A stretch of DNA of 37,956 nucleotides from an uncultured virus (IMG/VR IMGVR_UViG_3300010938_000011) (taxonomy: Duplodnaviria > Heunggongvirae > Uroviricota > Caudoviricetes). The notes beneath the pieces were generated by a model. The model saw only the letters and a program-made list of their open reading frames with translations. It had not been told where the DNA came from and made no database searches. Positions 17,984 to 27,670 of this stretch are shown in pieces. Location of the stretch: the IMG/VR virus record IMGVR_UViG_3300010938_000011; one strand, written 5' to 3'. Position numbers and translations under genes: made by a program. The number at the start of each line of letters is the position of its first letter. The first letter of the stretch is position 1.

Positions 17984-18839
17984 AAATTTAAAAATAGGTA
18001 AAATATATGAAGACTATTTTGAAGTCTTATGCCCTTTTCATAATGATAGAGAATTTGGTAATGCTTTTATTTTTATATCAGAAGATTCTTCTGCTAATTT
18101 TAAATGTTTTTCTTGTGGTAAATTTGTACCTAATTTTCTTTTTAAGCAAGGTTCTTTTAGAAAAATCTTTTTAGATAAGACTAAAAATGTAATTCCTTTT
18201 AAACCAAAAATAGATTACTTTAAATATCCATACGTAAATCCAAATAGCTTTGAATATTGTATTAAGAGAGGATGGACTTTACCTTTTGTAAGAAATTTTA
18301 ATATTAGATTATATACTAGAAAAGAAGGATATTGTATTATTCCTTTACCTAAAGATAATTATGAGCTAAGAAAAATAAAAGAAGTTCCTTCTAATAGAAA
18401 TCAGCCTAAAGTTCTTTATCCAAAAAATATGGAAAAAGATTTTATTTTTAATCAAGAAAATCTAGATTTCTCTAAAGAACTATATGTAAAAGAAGGAATT
18501 TCAGGAATAGCTAAAATATGGAATCACATTTCTAAAAATGTTACTGCTACATTAAGTAGTAATGTAACTACCGAACAGTTTAAAATACTTTCTAAATTTA
18601 AAAGAATTATATTGGTTCCTGATTTAGATGAAGCTGGAAAGAAAATGATTTTAAATTTTATAAAAAATATAGAGGAGGAAAAATTATATTTTGTAATTTC
18701 AGTAGATGATTCAGAAGAAGACTTTTTAAAATACTTTAATAGAATTTACTCCTTTAAAGAAATATATCCTATTCTCCTTGAGAACTCTCTGAAGAAGTTA
18801 CTATTCCTTCAGGAGAAGGAATTAAAGAAATATTACTAG
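17946..18839 (+). CDS. dnaG: DnaG-type DNA primase
   Basis: CHC2 zinc finger CPFHND..FKCFSCG; TOPRIM motifs VKEG and PDLDEAG. Confidence 0.88.
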   Translation: MHLGNYIQLAKNKNLKIGKIYEDYFEVLCPFHNDREFGNAFIFISEDSSANFKCFSCGKFVPNFLFKQGSFRKIFLDKTKNVIPFKPKIDYFKYPYVNPNSFEYCIKRGWTLPFVRNFNIRLYTRKEGYCIIPLPKDNYELRKIKEVPSNRNQPKVLYPKNMEKDFIFNQENLDFSKELYVKEGISGIAKIWNHISKNVTATLSSNVTTEQFKILSKFKRIILVPDLDEAGKKMILNFIKNIEEEKLYFVISVDDSEEDFLKYFNRIYSFKEIYPILLENSLKKLLFLQEKELKKYY

Positions 18840-19350
18840 AACTAATCTTAATAGCTGAAGGTACTTTATTTTTATCAAATTTAAAAGTATTATCTGTTAA
18901 GCTAAGAGTTAAATATAATTTATAAGAAATATGAATTGAATTTATTTCAGAACTAATTTTCTTAAGATTAGTTCCTAATCTAGTCATAGAAGCATGAAAT
19001 GGTAATGTATAAGGATCTGGTTTCTTTAAAGATTCTTCTTCCTCTTTTATAATTTCTACTAAAGTTTTTAATAATTTAGAAGAATAGAATTCATAATCAC
19101 CAAAAGGAATTTCTTCTTGTTGTATAGTATAATATTCCATATGAAGAGTACCGTAGTGAGTTTGAAAAAATTCATCTTTAAATATAAGTCCATAAAGAAT
19201 ATCAGGTCTAGGATAGACTAAAGATAAGGCTTCATCAAATCCTTTTAAAATTAATTTAGCTTCTTTATCTGTACTAAAAACATATAAAATTTTTTTAGTT
19301 ATGGCTTCATGTTCAAATTGTTTTGTATGTACACTGTATTTATTATTCAT
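18769..19350 (-). CDS. Hypothetical protein; the only credible minus-strand gene
   Basis: The 193-aa ORF fills a 550-bp gap that has no + strand ORF. It lacks an SD and has a TACTAT-N4-TATATAA motif just upstream. Confidence 0.8.
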   Translation of the reverse strand: MNNKYSVHTKQFEHEAITKKILYVFSTDKEAKLILKGFDEALSLVYPRPDILYGLIFKDEFFQTHYGTLHMEYYTIQQEEIPFGDYEFYSSKLLKTLVEIIKEEEESLKKPDPYTLPFHASMTRLGTNLKKISSEINSIHISYKLYLTLSLTDNTFKFDKNKVPSAIKISSSNISLIPSPEGIVTSSESSQGE

Positions 19351-19390
19351 ATTATATACTTAATAGTAAAGTTTAGGAGGATAAAATTTT

Positions 19391-21544
19391 ATGTATATAA
19401 AAAGTTTAGAAGTAAAAAACTTTAAAAGCTTAGATCATATTAAATTAAATTTTGACCATATAAATATAATAAAAGGACCTAATGGTTCTGGAAAATCTTC
19501 TTTAATAGAAGCTATAAAAATAGCTTTATTACCTAATTCTTCTACTTCTTTAACTGAATATATAAAGAAAGGAAAAAGATTTTTAGAAATAATTTTAGAA
19601 TATGAAGTTCCATCAGTTGGTCCTATAACTTCTAGAATTTATGTAGATTCTTCCAATAAGGAAGTAGAATTGAGACTAAAGAATAAAACTCTTACAAAAA
19701 AGGCCGAGATTTATGAGTATTTAAATTCAATTGGATTAGAGAAAGATATTTTCTTAAATTCTTGTATTTCTTTACAACATAGAAGTACTGATTTTATCTT
19801 TTCTTCAGATGCTACTAAAGCTAAATTATTAAGAGATCTATTTAGAATAGAAAAGCTAAGGCTATTAGAAAATCTTTTAAAGGACAAAGCTAAAGAATTT
19901 TCTGATAATATAAAAGTTCTTATTGAAACCAATAAAGTTTATGAAGTTTCTTTAAATAATTTTTCTTCTGTAGAGAAAAAACTATCTAATATAGATTCTA
20001 AAAAAATAAGAAAAGCTAAAAAGATTTATAATAAGCTTAACCAACTTAAACAAAAATATGAAGAAGATTTAATTAAATACTTAGAAGAAGTAAATCTAAT
20101 AGAAAAGAAAAAGAGATTAGAATCAAAAAAAGAAGAATTAAATGAAAAATTAGTTTCTATTAAAGCCAAAAAATATTATAAAGAAAAAATAGAAAGATTA
20201 TTTTCTTTAATAGAACAAAAAGAAACTGTATTAAATTCTAATCTTCTTTTAATTAAGGACCAATTAAAAGATCAAAATGAAAATCTATTATTAGCTAAAG
20301 AAAAAATAACTTTATTTAAGGAATATATGTCTTTAAAATCAAAAAGAAGTTCTATAAGAAAGCATTTTAAGGAATTTGAATCTTTCTCAAAAGAAGGTCT
20401 AAAAGATATAGAATCTTCAATAATAAATTTAGAAAAGAAAAAATCTTCCTTACAATATAGCTTAGAAAAGAATGCTAATCAAAAGAAAGCAGCTGAACTA
20501 GGAGAATGTTTTGTTTGTGGTTCGAAATTTCATACTAGCTTAGATCATTTAATTCAAGAAGAAAAGAAATTAAAAGAAGAATTAGAAACTCTTTCTTTAA
20601 GATTAGAGGAAAAAAGAAAATTAAAAGCTACTTATGAAAAAGCTTTAGCTAAAAAAGAATCTTTAGAAATAGACTTAGAAGATAAAAATAAAGAAATTTC
20701 TGCTCTTAAAGAAAAAATTCTTTCTATAAAGCCTAAGTATGATAAAAAGCTTCTAAAAAAATTAGAATTAGAAAAAAGTAATATAGAAAGAAAATTAGAT
20801 AGATTTAAGATTTTAAAAACTAGATTGAAATCAGCTTTATTATATACTGAAAACTTTCTAAAAGAAGAATCTTCTATAAGAGAAGAATATGAAAAAACTT
20901 TAAAAGATTTAAAGGCGATTCCTTCTAATTTAAAAATAAGAAATAGACCATCTTTTACTAAAGAAAAATGGATTAAAGATATTTATGAGAAGTATATATC
21001 TAAAGAAAATCTTTTAGCTGAATTAAAAGAAAATTTTAAAAAGATAAATGAAATAAAAACTATTATGGAATCTAATACTACAAACATAGGATTATTAGAA
21101 ACTAAAATTTCTTTAATTAAGGATTTTATAAAATATGCTTTAGGAAATTTTTCTGCTTTTATTTTACAAGAAGGAATAACTGCTATAGAAACTATAGTAA
21201 ATTCTTTTCTAGAAGAAGTATATCCTAAATACAAAATAAAAATAGAATACGAAAATAATACCTTAAAGATTTATTATTTAGATTCTAATAATCAATATGT
21301 TTCTATAGATTTAGCTTCTGGATTTGAATTGCAATTATTATCTTTAGCCTTAAGAGCTAGCTTTTCTAAATTCTATAATTATAATTTGCTAATATTAGAT
21401 GAAGCTGATGAATCTGCCTCTGAAGATAATTCAGAAAAATTATTTGACTTTTTAACTAATTTAAAAGAGTTTCAAATATTCTATGTTTCTCATAAAAAGT
21501 ATTTGGATAGTAATAAGTATATAGCAAATTTTATCTTACTATGA
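19391..21544 (+). CDS. sbcC: Rad50/SbcC-like SMC ATPase
   Basis: Walker A GPNGSGKSS, coiled coil with CFVCG zinc hook, signature ASGFE, Walker B LLILDE and H-loop VSH. Confidence 0.92.
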   Translation: MYIKSLEVKNFKSLDHIKLNFDHINIIKGPNGSGKSSLIEAIKIALLPNSSTSLTEYIKKGKRFLEIILEYEVPSVGPITSRIYVDSSNKEVELRLKNKTLTKKAEIYEYLNSIGLEKDIFLNSCISLQHRSTDFIFSSDATKAKLLRDLFRIEKLRLLENLLKDKAKEFSDNIKVLIETNKVYEVSLNNFSSVEKKLSNIDSKKIRKAKKIYNKLNQLKQKYEEDLIKYLEEVNLIEKKKRLESKKEELNEKLVSIKAKKYYKEKIERLFSLIEQKETVLNSNLLLIKDQLKDQNENLLLAKEKITLFKEYMSLKSKRSSIRKHFKEFESFSKEGLKDIESSIINLEKKKSSLQYSLEKNANQKKAAELGECFVCGSKFHTSLDHLIQEEKKLKEELETLSLRLEEKRKLKATYEKALAKKESLEIDLEDKNKEISALKEKILSIKPKYDKKLLKKLELEKSNIERKLDRFKILKTRLKSALLYTENFLKEESSIREEYEKTLKDLKAIPSNLKIRNRPSFTKEKWIKDIYEKYISKENLLAELKENFKKINEIKTIMESNTTNIGLLETKISLIKDFIKYALGNFSAFILQEGITAIETIVNSFLEEVYPKYKIKIEYENNTLKIYYLDSNNQYVSIDLASGFELQLLSLALRASFSKFYNYNLLILDEADESASEDNSEKLFDFLTNLKEFQIFYVSHKKYLDSNKYIANFILL

Positions 21545-21558
21545 TTATATAAAGAACA

Positions 21559-22380
21559 ATGAGTAGGCATGAACTTTTATTATATTCTCCTGCTATAAAA
21601 GTAGGCGATATAATGACCCAACATTTTGAAGAATCATTTCCTCACTTACATTTTAGAATAAAGTTTAAAACTAAGAAGGATCTTAAATTTGATGTTTTTT
21701 TAGATGCAGCTATTTATTTGACAGAAAGAGGAGAATATTTTTTAAAAGAAAAGAAATATTTAGATTATTACAAAAAATTTCTATATGCTGGAAATAAATT
21801 TAATCTTACTCTTTCTTTACTTTTCTTAAATAAGAAAGAAGAAAATACTGATTCTAGGCCATTCGAAACTTATATTCCTTTTGCTAGTACTTTAAATTTA
21901 GAAGATTCTAATGTAGGAAGTATTACTCTTGAAAAAATATTTAAAGATCGTAGAAAATTAATTTTCTCTATAAGTATTCCTTCTTTAAACTTCTACTTAT
22001 TTAGAGTGGCTTTTTTCAATAATTTTCTTAAAGTTTTAATATATCTTCCTGATGAATTATTAGAATTCTTAGATACTGATAAGACTTCTTTAAGATTTAA
22101 TGATGATGATTTTGAAGAATATATGAAAACTTATTTAGAGCATTTTTCTTTTAACAAAGAGCTAAATAAAGTTATAAAAATTTTTAAAGATACTAATGAT
22201 AGGTGGATTCCTAATTTCTTAAATAAAGAAAATTATAGAACTTTTTTACTATCTTCTCTTAGAAATCTTTTTTCTTATGTAGCATTAAATCATTTTAAAA
22301 AAAGAAATTTAATGGAAGGAGATGATTTAACTTACCTTTTACTAAAAAAGAGAATTCTTTACAATTTAGAATTGATATGA
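21559..22380 (+). CDS. Hypothetical protein
   Basis: 273-aa ORF with no SD and no motif recognised. Confidence 0.8.
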   Translation: MSRHELLLYSPAIKVGDIMTQHFEESFPHLHFRIKFKTKKDLKFDVFLDAAIYLTERGEYFLKEKKYLDYYKKFLYAGNKFNLTLSLLFLNKKEENTDSRPFETYIPFASTLNLEDSNVGSITLEKIFKDRRKLIFSISIPSLNFYLFRVAFFNNFLKVLIYLPDELLEFLDTDKTSLRFNDDDFEEYMKTYLEHFSFNKELNKVIKIFKDTNDRWIPNFLNKENYRTFLLSSLRNLFSYVALNHFKKRNLMEGDDLTYLLLKKRILYNLELI

Positions 22381-22423
22381 TAGATTTATCAAATTATAAA
22401 GAAATAGCTTTTGAGGACTTTTT

Positions 22424-23581
22424 ATGATTAAAGCAAAATTAACTCCAAAAATATTAGCCTCATTATTTATAGCATTGGTAAAAGGAATAAGACCACCTAC
22501 TTTCTTTTTTGTAGTAAAAGATAATGTTCCTTTCTTTTTAATTTCTTATAAGACTATAGAAATAGCTATATTTTTTGAATACGAAATTACTTCTAATATT
22601 CCTGATTTAGCTTATGATATTGTTAGTCCTTTTAAATATCTAAAAGCTATAAGAGAACATAAGCTAAAAACTCTTAATGTAGAATTTGAAATTACTAAAG
22701 AATTCCTAATTACTAAGTTTATAGATATTAATTTAGTTCTGAAGGATAATATAAAAGAAAATAGCCTAGCTTATATTAATTTTGACAGTATAAAATCTAT
22801 AGTAGAAAGTAAACCTTTTACAAAAATATATTCCATTCCTGTAGCTAATATAGCTTCTTCTTTATTCTTTTTAGATCTTAGCCATAAAAATTATGAAGGC
22901 CTTATGAAAGAGAATCTATTAATCTATCAGAAAGGAAATATGAAATTTAAGTTTACTTTACCTTCAGAAATAGAAAGTCCTTTTTCTTTCAATTTAGAAG
23001 TTTTATATTTATTAGCTAAATATTTTTATTTATCTGTAGATGGATGGAAATTAAGATATGACCATAATAGATTTAAAATAAGAGGATTTAAGATAAAAGA
23101 TTATTATTTTGATGTTTTTGAAAATGAAACTTATTTTATGGTAAATCCTTCTTTTTGTAGGAATGTAATGTTTTATAGCTTAAAACCATCTAATATTATT
23201 TCTTTTGAAAATGAAGACTTTAAATATAAGAGTGTATTTCGTGATCCAACAGAGTTTATTAATTTCTTAAAATTTTCTTTAAGAACATTTTCTACTAGAA
23301 AGAACGATCTTATAAGTTTAAAGTTTTTTGATAAGTATATTTATATGGTAGTAGATTTAGAATCCTATACTATGGAAAGATATATTGAAAATGCTTATTC
23401 TACATTTAAAGAATCTATTGCTGTAAATATTCCTATGTTTATTTTATCATATATAGCTCATCTAAAAAATATGTCTTTTTTAGAAATAGGAATTTCTGAA
23501 AAAGATAATTTCTTAGTAAAAGGAAGAATAGAATTAGCTAAAGAAGTTTATTCAGATTTTGAAAATTTAATTTTACTATAA
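22424..23581 (+). CDS. Hypothetical protein, possibly a highly diverged sliding clamp (DnaN-like)
   Basis: 385 aa with an alternating beta/alpha pattern; the C-terminal IAVNIPMFILSYIAHL..LEIGI resembles the beta-clamp C-terminus. The similarity is weak. Confidence 0.35.
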   Translation: MIKAKLTPKILASLFIALVKGIRPPTFFFVVKDNVPFFLISYKTIEIAIFFEYEITSNIPDLAYDIVSPFKYLKAIREHKLKTLNVEFEITKEFLITKFIDINLVLKDNIKENSLAYINFDSIKSIVESKPFTKIYSIPVANIASSLFFLDLSHKNYEGLMKENLLIYQKGNMKFKFTLPSEIESPFSFNLEVLYLLAKYFYLSVDGWKLRYDHNRFKIRGFKIKDYYFDVFENETYFMVNPSFCRNVMFYSLKPSNIISFENEDFKYKSVFRDPTEFINFLKFSLRTFSTRKNDLISLKFFDKYIYMVVDLESYTMERYIENAYSTFKESIAVNIPMFILSYIAHLKNMSFLEIGISEKDNFLVKGRIELAKEVYSDFENLILL

Positions 23582-23589
23582 TAAAATAT

Positions 23590-23940
23590 ATGTTTAAAAA
23601 ATTAGAAAATTTATTATTTTTTGATGAAAGAGTAAATAATAAGTCTTACACTAAAGGATTAGCCCTATTAAGCTTAATTTTTTTTAGCATTGCAATAATT
23701 ATTTATTTCGCCTTTCTAATAATTTTTTTATTTATTATTATAAATAAAAATTTTATAAATATTGATGTAAATCAAATGAATTCTCTATTGGAAAGAGCTT
23801 TAGATTTAATAGAGGTTCTAATCTTTAATGTAGTAGGAAGTTACAGTCTTTATCAAGTTAGAGAATTTAGAAGAGTAAAAAATCAAGAAGGAGGAACAAA
23901 TGGAACAACAAGTACAAACTCAGAATTTGGTATTCAATAG
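23590..23940 (+). CDS. Small membrane protein (holin-like topology possible)
   Basis: Long hydrophobic stretch LALLSLIFFSIAIIIYFAFLIIFLFIII, a second hydrophobic segment and a polar tail. Confidence 0.6.
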   Translation: MFKKLENLLFFDERVNNKSYTKGLALLSLIFFSIAIIIYFAFLIIFLFIIINKNFINIDVNQMNSLLERALDLIEVLIFNVVGSYSLYQVREFRRVKNQEGGTNGTTSTNSEFGIQ

Positions 23941-24574
23941 GTTCGAACAGGATAAGGTAGAAAATCTAGTAGAAAAATATATTTTACATCTACCTCTTCC
24001 TATCATAAAGGAAAAACCTCTACTTATTTTATCTAATTATAAGTTTAATTATATAAATCCTTTAAAGTATGTAGATTCTTTAGATGATATAAAAATCTTT
24101 ATAATGTATAAGTTCTATCCATTCTTTCCTGAAGTACATTTTAATTATAATCTAATTCTAACAGAAAATTTACAAATTAGAAAAGCTAAAATTGATAGAA
24201 TTTATCTATTAGAAGATATATTTAGACTAAATATAAATGATGGAGAAACAATACTTTTATTTGCAGCTAAAAAGCCTTTATCTTCTCTCTTAAGAGAATC
24301 TAGAAAAAAAGACTATACTTTAGAAATTAATCATACTAATGCTTTTTTTATAGGAGAAAAATCCTTTTCTACAATAGTAAGAAAAGATCCATCCTTCTTT
24401 TTGAATTACTTACTAAAGATGAATTCCAATACTATTCTATATGATAAAGAGAATAAAATTATAAAAATCTATCCTTATACTATAAAATTTATAAATGATT
24501 TTAACTTAGAAAACTATTTAAAAGAGGTACTAAAAGATGAAAGACCAATTAAATATACAAGAATTGAAAGCTAA
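23900..24574 (+). CDS. Hypothetical protein
   Basis: ORF preceded by an AGGAGG SD. Confidence 0.8.
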   Translation: MEQQVQTQNLVFNRFEQDKVENLVEKYILHLPLPIIKEKPLLILSNYKFNYINPLKYVDSLDDIKIFIMYKFYPFFPEVHFNYNLILTENLQIRKAKIDRIYLLEDIFRLNINDGETILLFAAKKPLSSLLRESRKKDYTLEINHTNAFFIGEKSFSTIVRKDPSFFLNYLLKMNSNTILYDKENKIIKIYPYTIKFINDFNLENYLKEVLKDERPIKYTRIES

Positions 24575-24953
24575 AATTAAAGTAGACAAAGAGCAATTGT
24601 TATTATTAGAAGCTTCAAGTGAAGAACTTTCTGATCTTTTTAAATCAAAAAAACAGGATACTTATATATCCAATTCCTACATAAAGGATATTATAGAAAA
24701 ATTAGCTAAAATATATGAATCTTCAAGAGGTAATCCTATTACTTTAGCTAAACAAGTAGATTTAATTTTATCTAATTTTTTAGATCTTATTTTGGAAGAT
24801 TGGATTTCTAAGAAAAATATAAAACTTATAGCGTCTGAAGAAGAAGATTCTTCTGAAAATTCTAAAAAAATAGAGGAAGCTAAAGATTTTATAATTACTT
24901 TTATAAAAACTTTAGTCAAATCACTAAATTTATATAAATCTAATTTACAATAG
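24537..24953 (+). CDS. Hypothetical protein
   Basis: ORF preceded by a GAGGT SD. Confidence 0.75.
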   Translation: MKDQLNIQELKAKIKVDKEQLLLLEASSEELSDLFKSKKQDTYISNSYIKDIIEKLAKIYESSRGNPITLAKQVDLILSNFLDLILEDWISKKNIKLIASEEEDSSENSKKIEEAKDFIITFIKTLVKSLNLYKSNLQ

Positions 24954-24999
24954 GACTAATATAAATAATTTGATAAAAATTAATTAGGAGGTAAAATTT

Positions 25000-25947
25000 A
25001 TGAATGAGGACTTAAAAAATCTATTAAAAAAGAAGTTTCCTAACTCTATAATAGATTTTCAGAATCCTGAAAAAAACCATCTTCAGATAGAAACTATTAG
25101 TACAAAATTAGCTAATTTAGATTGGGTTTTAGGAGGAGGAGTTCCTTTCGGAAGATTAATAGAAATTTATGGAGCACCTTCTTCAGGAAAAACTTCTATA
25201 TGTTTACAAATAGCTAAATCTTTTAAAGAATCAGGATATCCAATTCTTTATATAGATGCAGAACATGCTTTAGATTTAGATTATTTAAAAGTCTTTAATG
25301 TAGAAGATCAAATCTTTGTTCAACCTACTTATGGAGAAGAAGCTCTTAATATTGTGAGAGAAGCTATAGGAAAAGTGGGATTAATTATTGTAGATAGCGT
25401 TGCAGCTTTAGTTCCAAAAGCTGAAATAGATGGAGATATTGGAGAAGCTAATATTGGATTACAAGCTAGAATGTTAGGACAAGCTTTAAGAATTTTAGTT
25501 CCTCAATTAGGAAAAGAGAAAACTAGTTTAATTTTTATTAATCAAACTAGAAGCTCTATAGGAACTTATGGATCTCCAGAAATTACTCCTGGAGGAAATG
25601 CTTTAAAATTCTATTCTTCTATTAGACTTTCAGTAAAAAGAAGAAATTTAATAGCCTCAGAAGATAGTTCTTTATATAAAGGATTTGAATTAGAAGTAAA
25701 AGCAGTAAAAAATAAATTAACTATACCTTATAAATCTTGTTCTCTAATTTTAATTCCTACAGAAGGATTTGATGAAATCCATTCTTTATTCTTTGGAGCT
25801 ATAGAATTAGGTGTAATTACTAGAGAAGGAAATTCTTATTTCTTTGAAGGACAAAAATTAGGAGGAAATAGACCAGCTTCTTTACAAACTGTAATAGAAA
25901 ATCCTGACTTACAAAAAGCTATCTATTCAAAAATCTTAGAATTATGA
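25000..25947 (+). CDS. recA: RecA recombinase
   Basis: GGVPFGRLIEIYGAPSSGKT, IDAEHALD, IVDSVAALVPKAEIDG, GLQARML, FINQ and PGGNALKFYSSIRL. Confidence 0.97.
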   Translation: MNEDLKNLLKKKFPNSIIDFQNPEKNHLQIETISTKLANLDWVLGGGVPFGRLIEIYGAPSSGKTSICLQIAKSFKESGYPILYIDAEHALDLDYLKVFNVEDQIFVQPTYGEEALNIVREAIGKVGLIIVDSVAALVPKAEIDGDIGEANIGLQARMLGQALRILVPQLGKEKTSLIFINQTRSSIGTYGSPEITPGGNALKFYSSIRLSVKRRNLIASEDSSLYKGFELEVKAVKNKLTIPYKSCSLILIPTEGFDEIHSLFFGAIELGVITREGNSYFFEGQKLGGNRPASLQTVIENPDLQKAIYSKILEL

Positions 25948-26342
25948 GTTCTTTAAAAGATTTAAGAAAAGAATTAGCTATAGCTCTTTTTGGGACTGAA
26001 TATTTAGATCCTAAGAAATGGAAAAAATATTGTTTTGTATGGAACTCACTTACTGAAGAAGAAAAGAAAAGAGTTCGTAAAGATGTATTATATTTAAATT
26101 CAACAGCTATAGATCTAGCTCATATATTTAGTAGATCTACTCATCCTGAACTAAAATTTTCTATGGAAAATGTAGTATTTATAGCTAGAGGATTTCACTC
26201 CTTTCTTACTAATAAAAAAAGTTTTTTCAAAGGAGAAGAAAATATTTTTTTAGCTCCTAATGAGGTATATTTATTTTACCTCAGAGCTAACTCACTAAAA
26301 GAATATAAACTAAGGAGACACTTATGGACCAAAATCAAATAA
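25944..26342 (+). CDS. HNH/NinG(Rap)-like endonuclease lacking Zn-binding cysteines
   Basis: LAHIFSRSTHPELKFSMENVVFIARGFH fits the H..(lrf)..N..H pattern. Confidence 0.6.
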   Translation: MSSLKDLRKELAIALFGTEYLDPKKWKKYCFVWNSLTEEEKKRVRKDVLYLNSTAIDLAHIFSRSTHPELKFSMENVVFIARGFHSFLTNKKSFFKGEENIFLAPNEVYLFYLRANSLKEYKLRRHLWTKIK

Positions 26343-27178
26343 ATTTGCTAATAAAATACGTAGAAGATTTAGAAAAAGGTAACGAAGCAAAAAGAGACGC
26401 TCAAGTTGAGTATAGTTGGATTGGCTTAAATGAAGGACCAGTAGTGGTCAGATTGTATGCCAAAGAGCTGCCTGAATTTTCCTTAGAACCAGAAAGCCCA
26501 AAATTTATCTTCTTTTCTAGAGTAAAAAATAAAGATGGAAGATTAGTTAGAGTGTATTGGCCTAAAGTTAAAGGAAAGGGAATGAGACCAGAAGTAGATA
26601 AATCTTTTATCTTATATAAAGCTTTACAAACTATTAGACAAACAGATCCATCTCATCCTATCTTAGCTAATAATAAGAATGAAGGATCTAAATTTAATAT
26701 AAATCCTTTTCCTAAAATGAGAGTAGTATTTAATGCTTATGATAGAGTTAAGCAAAAAGTAGGTATTCTATGTGAAAAAACTTTTACTACTCCAAGTGGA
26801 GATGTAATCTCTATGGATTTAGGAATTTCGGAAGCTCTTTATGATAGATTAATCGCTGAAGTTCTAAAATTTAATAGAACTTTAGATATAGATATCTATA
26901 TTCATAGGGTAGTAAAAGGTACAAAAGTAGAATACTTAATAAGAGATTTTTCTGAAACTAAAAAGCCTGATTTACTAATTAAATATGGATCTGAGGAACC
27001 TCCTTCATTTGAAGGCCTTTATAATTTAGATGAATTCTTTGCTCCTATTACTGAAGATCAAGTTTATGAATTATTTCCTCATATCATAGAAGCGACAGAA
27101 AGTATGGGTCTTTCTAAAGAAGGATCTTCTGATCTTAAATCTAAATATAGAAGCGGCAGAAAGTATGGGTCTTTCTAA
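26324..27178 (+). CDS. Putative gp32-like single-stranded DNA-binding protein; C-terminus altered by a tandem duplication
   Basis: GPVVVRL, PKMRVVFNAYDR and GTKVEY resemble gp32-family blocks; located between recA and a ninB-like gene. Confidence 0.5.
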   Translation: MDQNQINLLIKYVEDLEKGNEAKRDAQVEYSWIGLNEGPVVVRLYAKELPEFSLEPESPKFIFFSRVKNKDGRLVRVYWPKVKGKGMRPEVDKSFILYKALQTIRQTDPSHPILANNKNEGSKFNINPFPKMRVVFNAYDRVKQKVGILCEKTFTTPSGDVISMDLGISEALYDRLIAEVLKFNRTLDIDIYIHRVVKGTKVEYLIRDFSETKKPDLLIKYGSEEPPSFEGLYNLDEFFAPITEDQVYELFPHIIEATESMGLSKEGSSDLKSKYRSGRKYGSF

Positions 27179-27209
27179 AGAAGGATCTTCTGATCTTAAA
27201 TCTAAATAT
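27086..27209 (+). repeat. Tandem duplication, 61-bp period, two copies, one mismatch
   Basis: atagaagcg(a/g)cagaaagtatgggtctttctaaagaaggatcttctgatcttaaatctaaat at 27086 and 27147. Confidence 0.97.
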
Positions 27210-27262
27210 TCAGATCTCTCTAAAGAAGAACTTAAATTATTAAAAGAACATTTAAGTAAAAA

Positions 27263-27661
27263 ATGATAAAAGGAAGAATAATTAGGAGGATCTCTGAAGC
27301 CTCCTATGAATTGGAAATTGAAGGAATGGACCATAAATTGGAATCCATTATAAATAGAGAGGTTTATGTATTTCCTAAAGATAAAGTTCCAAAAACTGTA
27401 GAATTAACAGGTCAATTCTTTTCTTTAGCTAAAAAAATATTATTTGCTATTCATTCTCCATATTATAGTAGAGATGAAATTTATGAATTATTTTATGGAG
27501 ATTTTATAGAATATCTAAAAGCACATTACTTACCAGTAATGGTAAATGAAACAGGAACATTTGTAAAATCTCTTCAATATTGTACAGAAGAAGAACTTAA
27601 AGAAGCTATAAATAGAATTAAAGCAGATTTTGCTAGTTCACCTTATAATTTAGAATTGTAG
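27263..27661 (+). CDS. NinB/Orf-like recombination mediator (putative)
   Basis: YLKAHYL...VKSLQYCTEEELKEAINRIKADFA resembles the NinB/DUF1367 C-terminal pattern (St..l...e...yie.i.a.a). Confidence 0.5.
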   Translation: MIKGRIIRRISEASYELEIEGMDHKLESIINREVYVFPKDKVPKTVELTGQFFSLAKKILFAIHSPYYSRDEIYELFYGDFIEYLKAHYLPVMVNETGTFVKSLQYCTEEELKEAINRIKADFASSPYNLEL

Positions 27662-27670
27662 GAGGTATAA

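Noticed and set aside
22377..22427. 16-codon mini-ORF (MIDLSNYKEIAFEDFL) that could frameshift into ORF 22424
   Set aside because: The downstream gene has its own GAGG and ATG; there is too little evidence beyond possible translational coupling.
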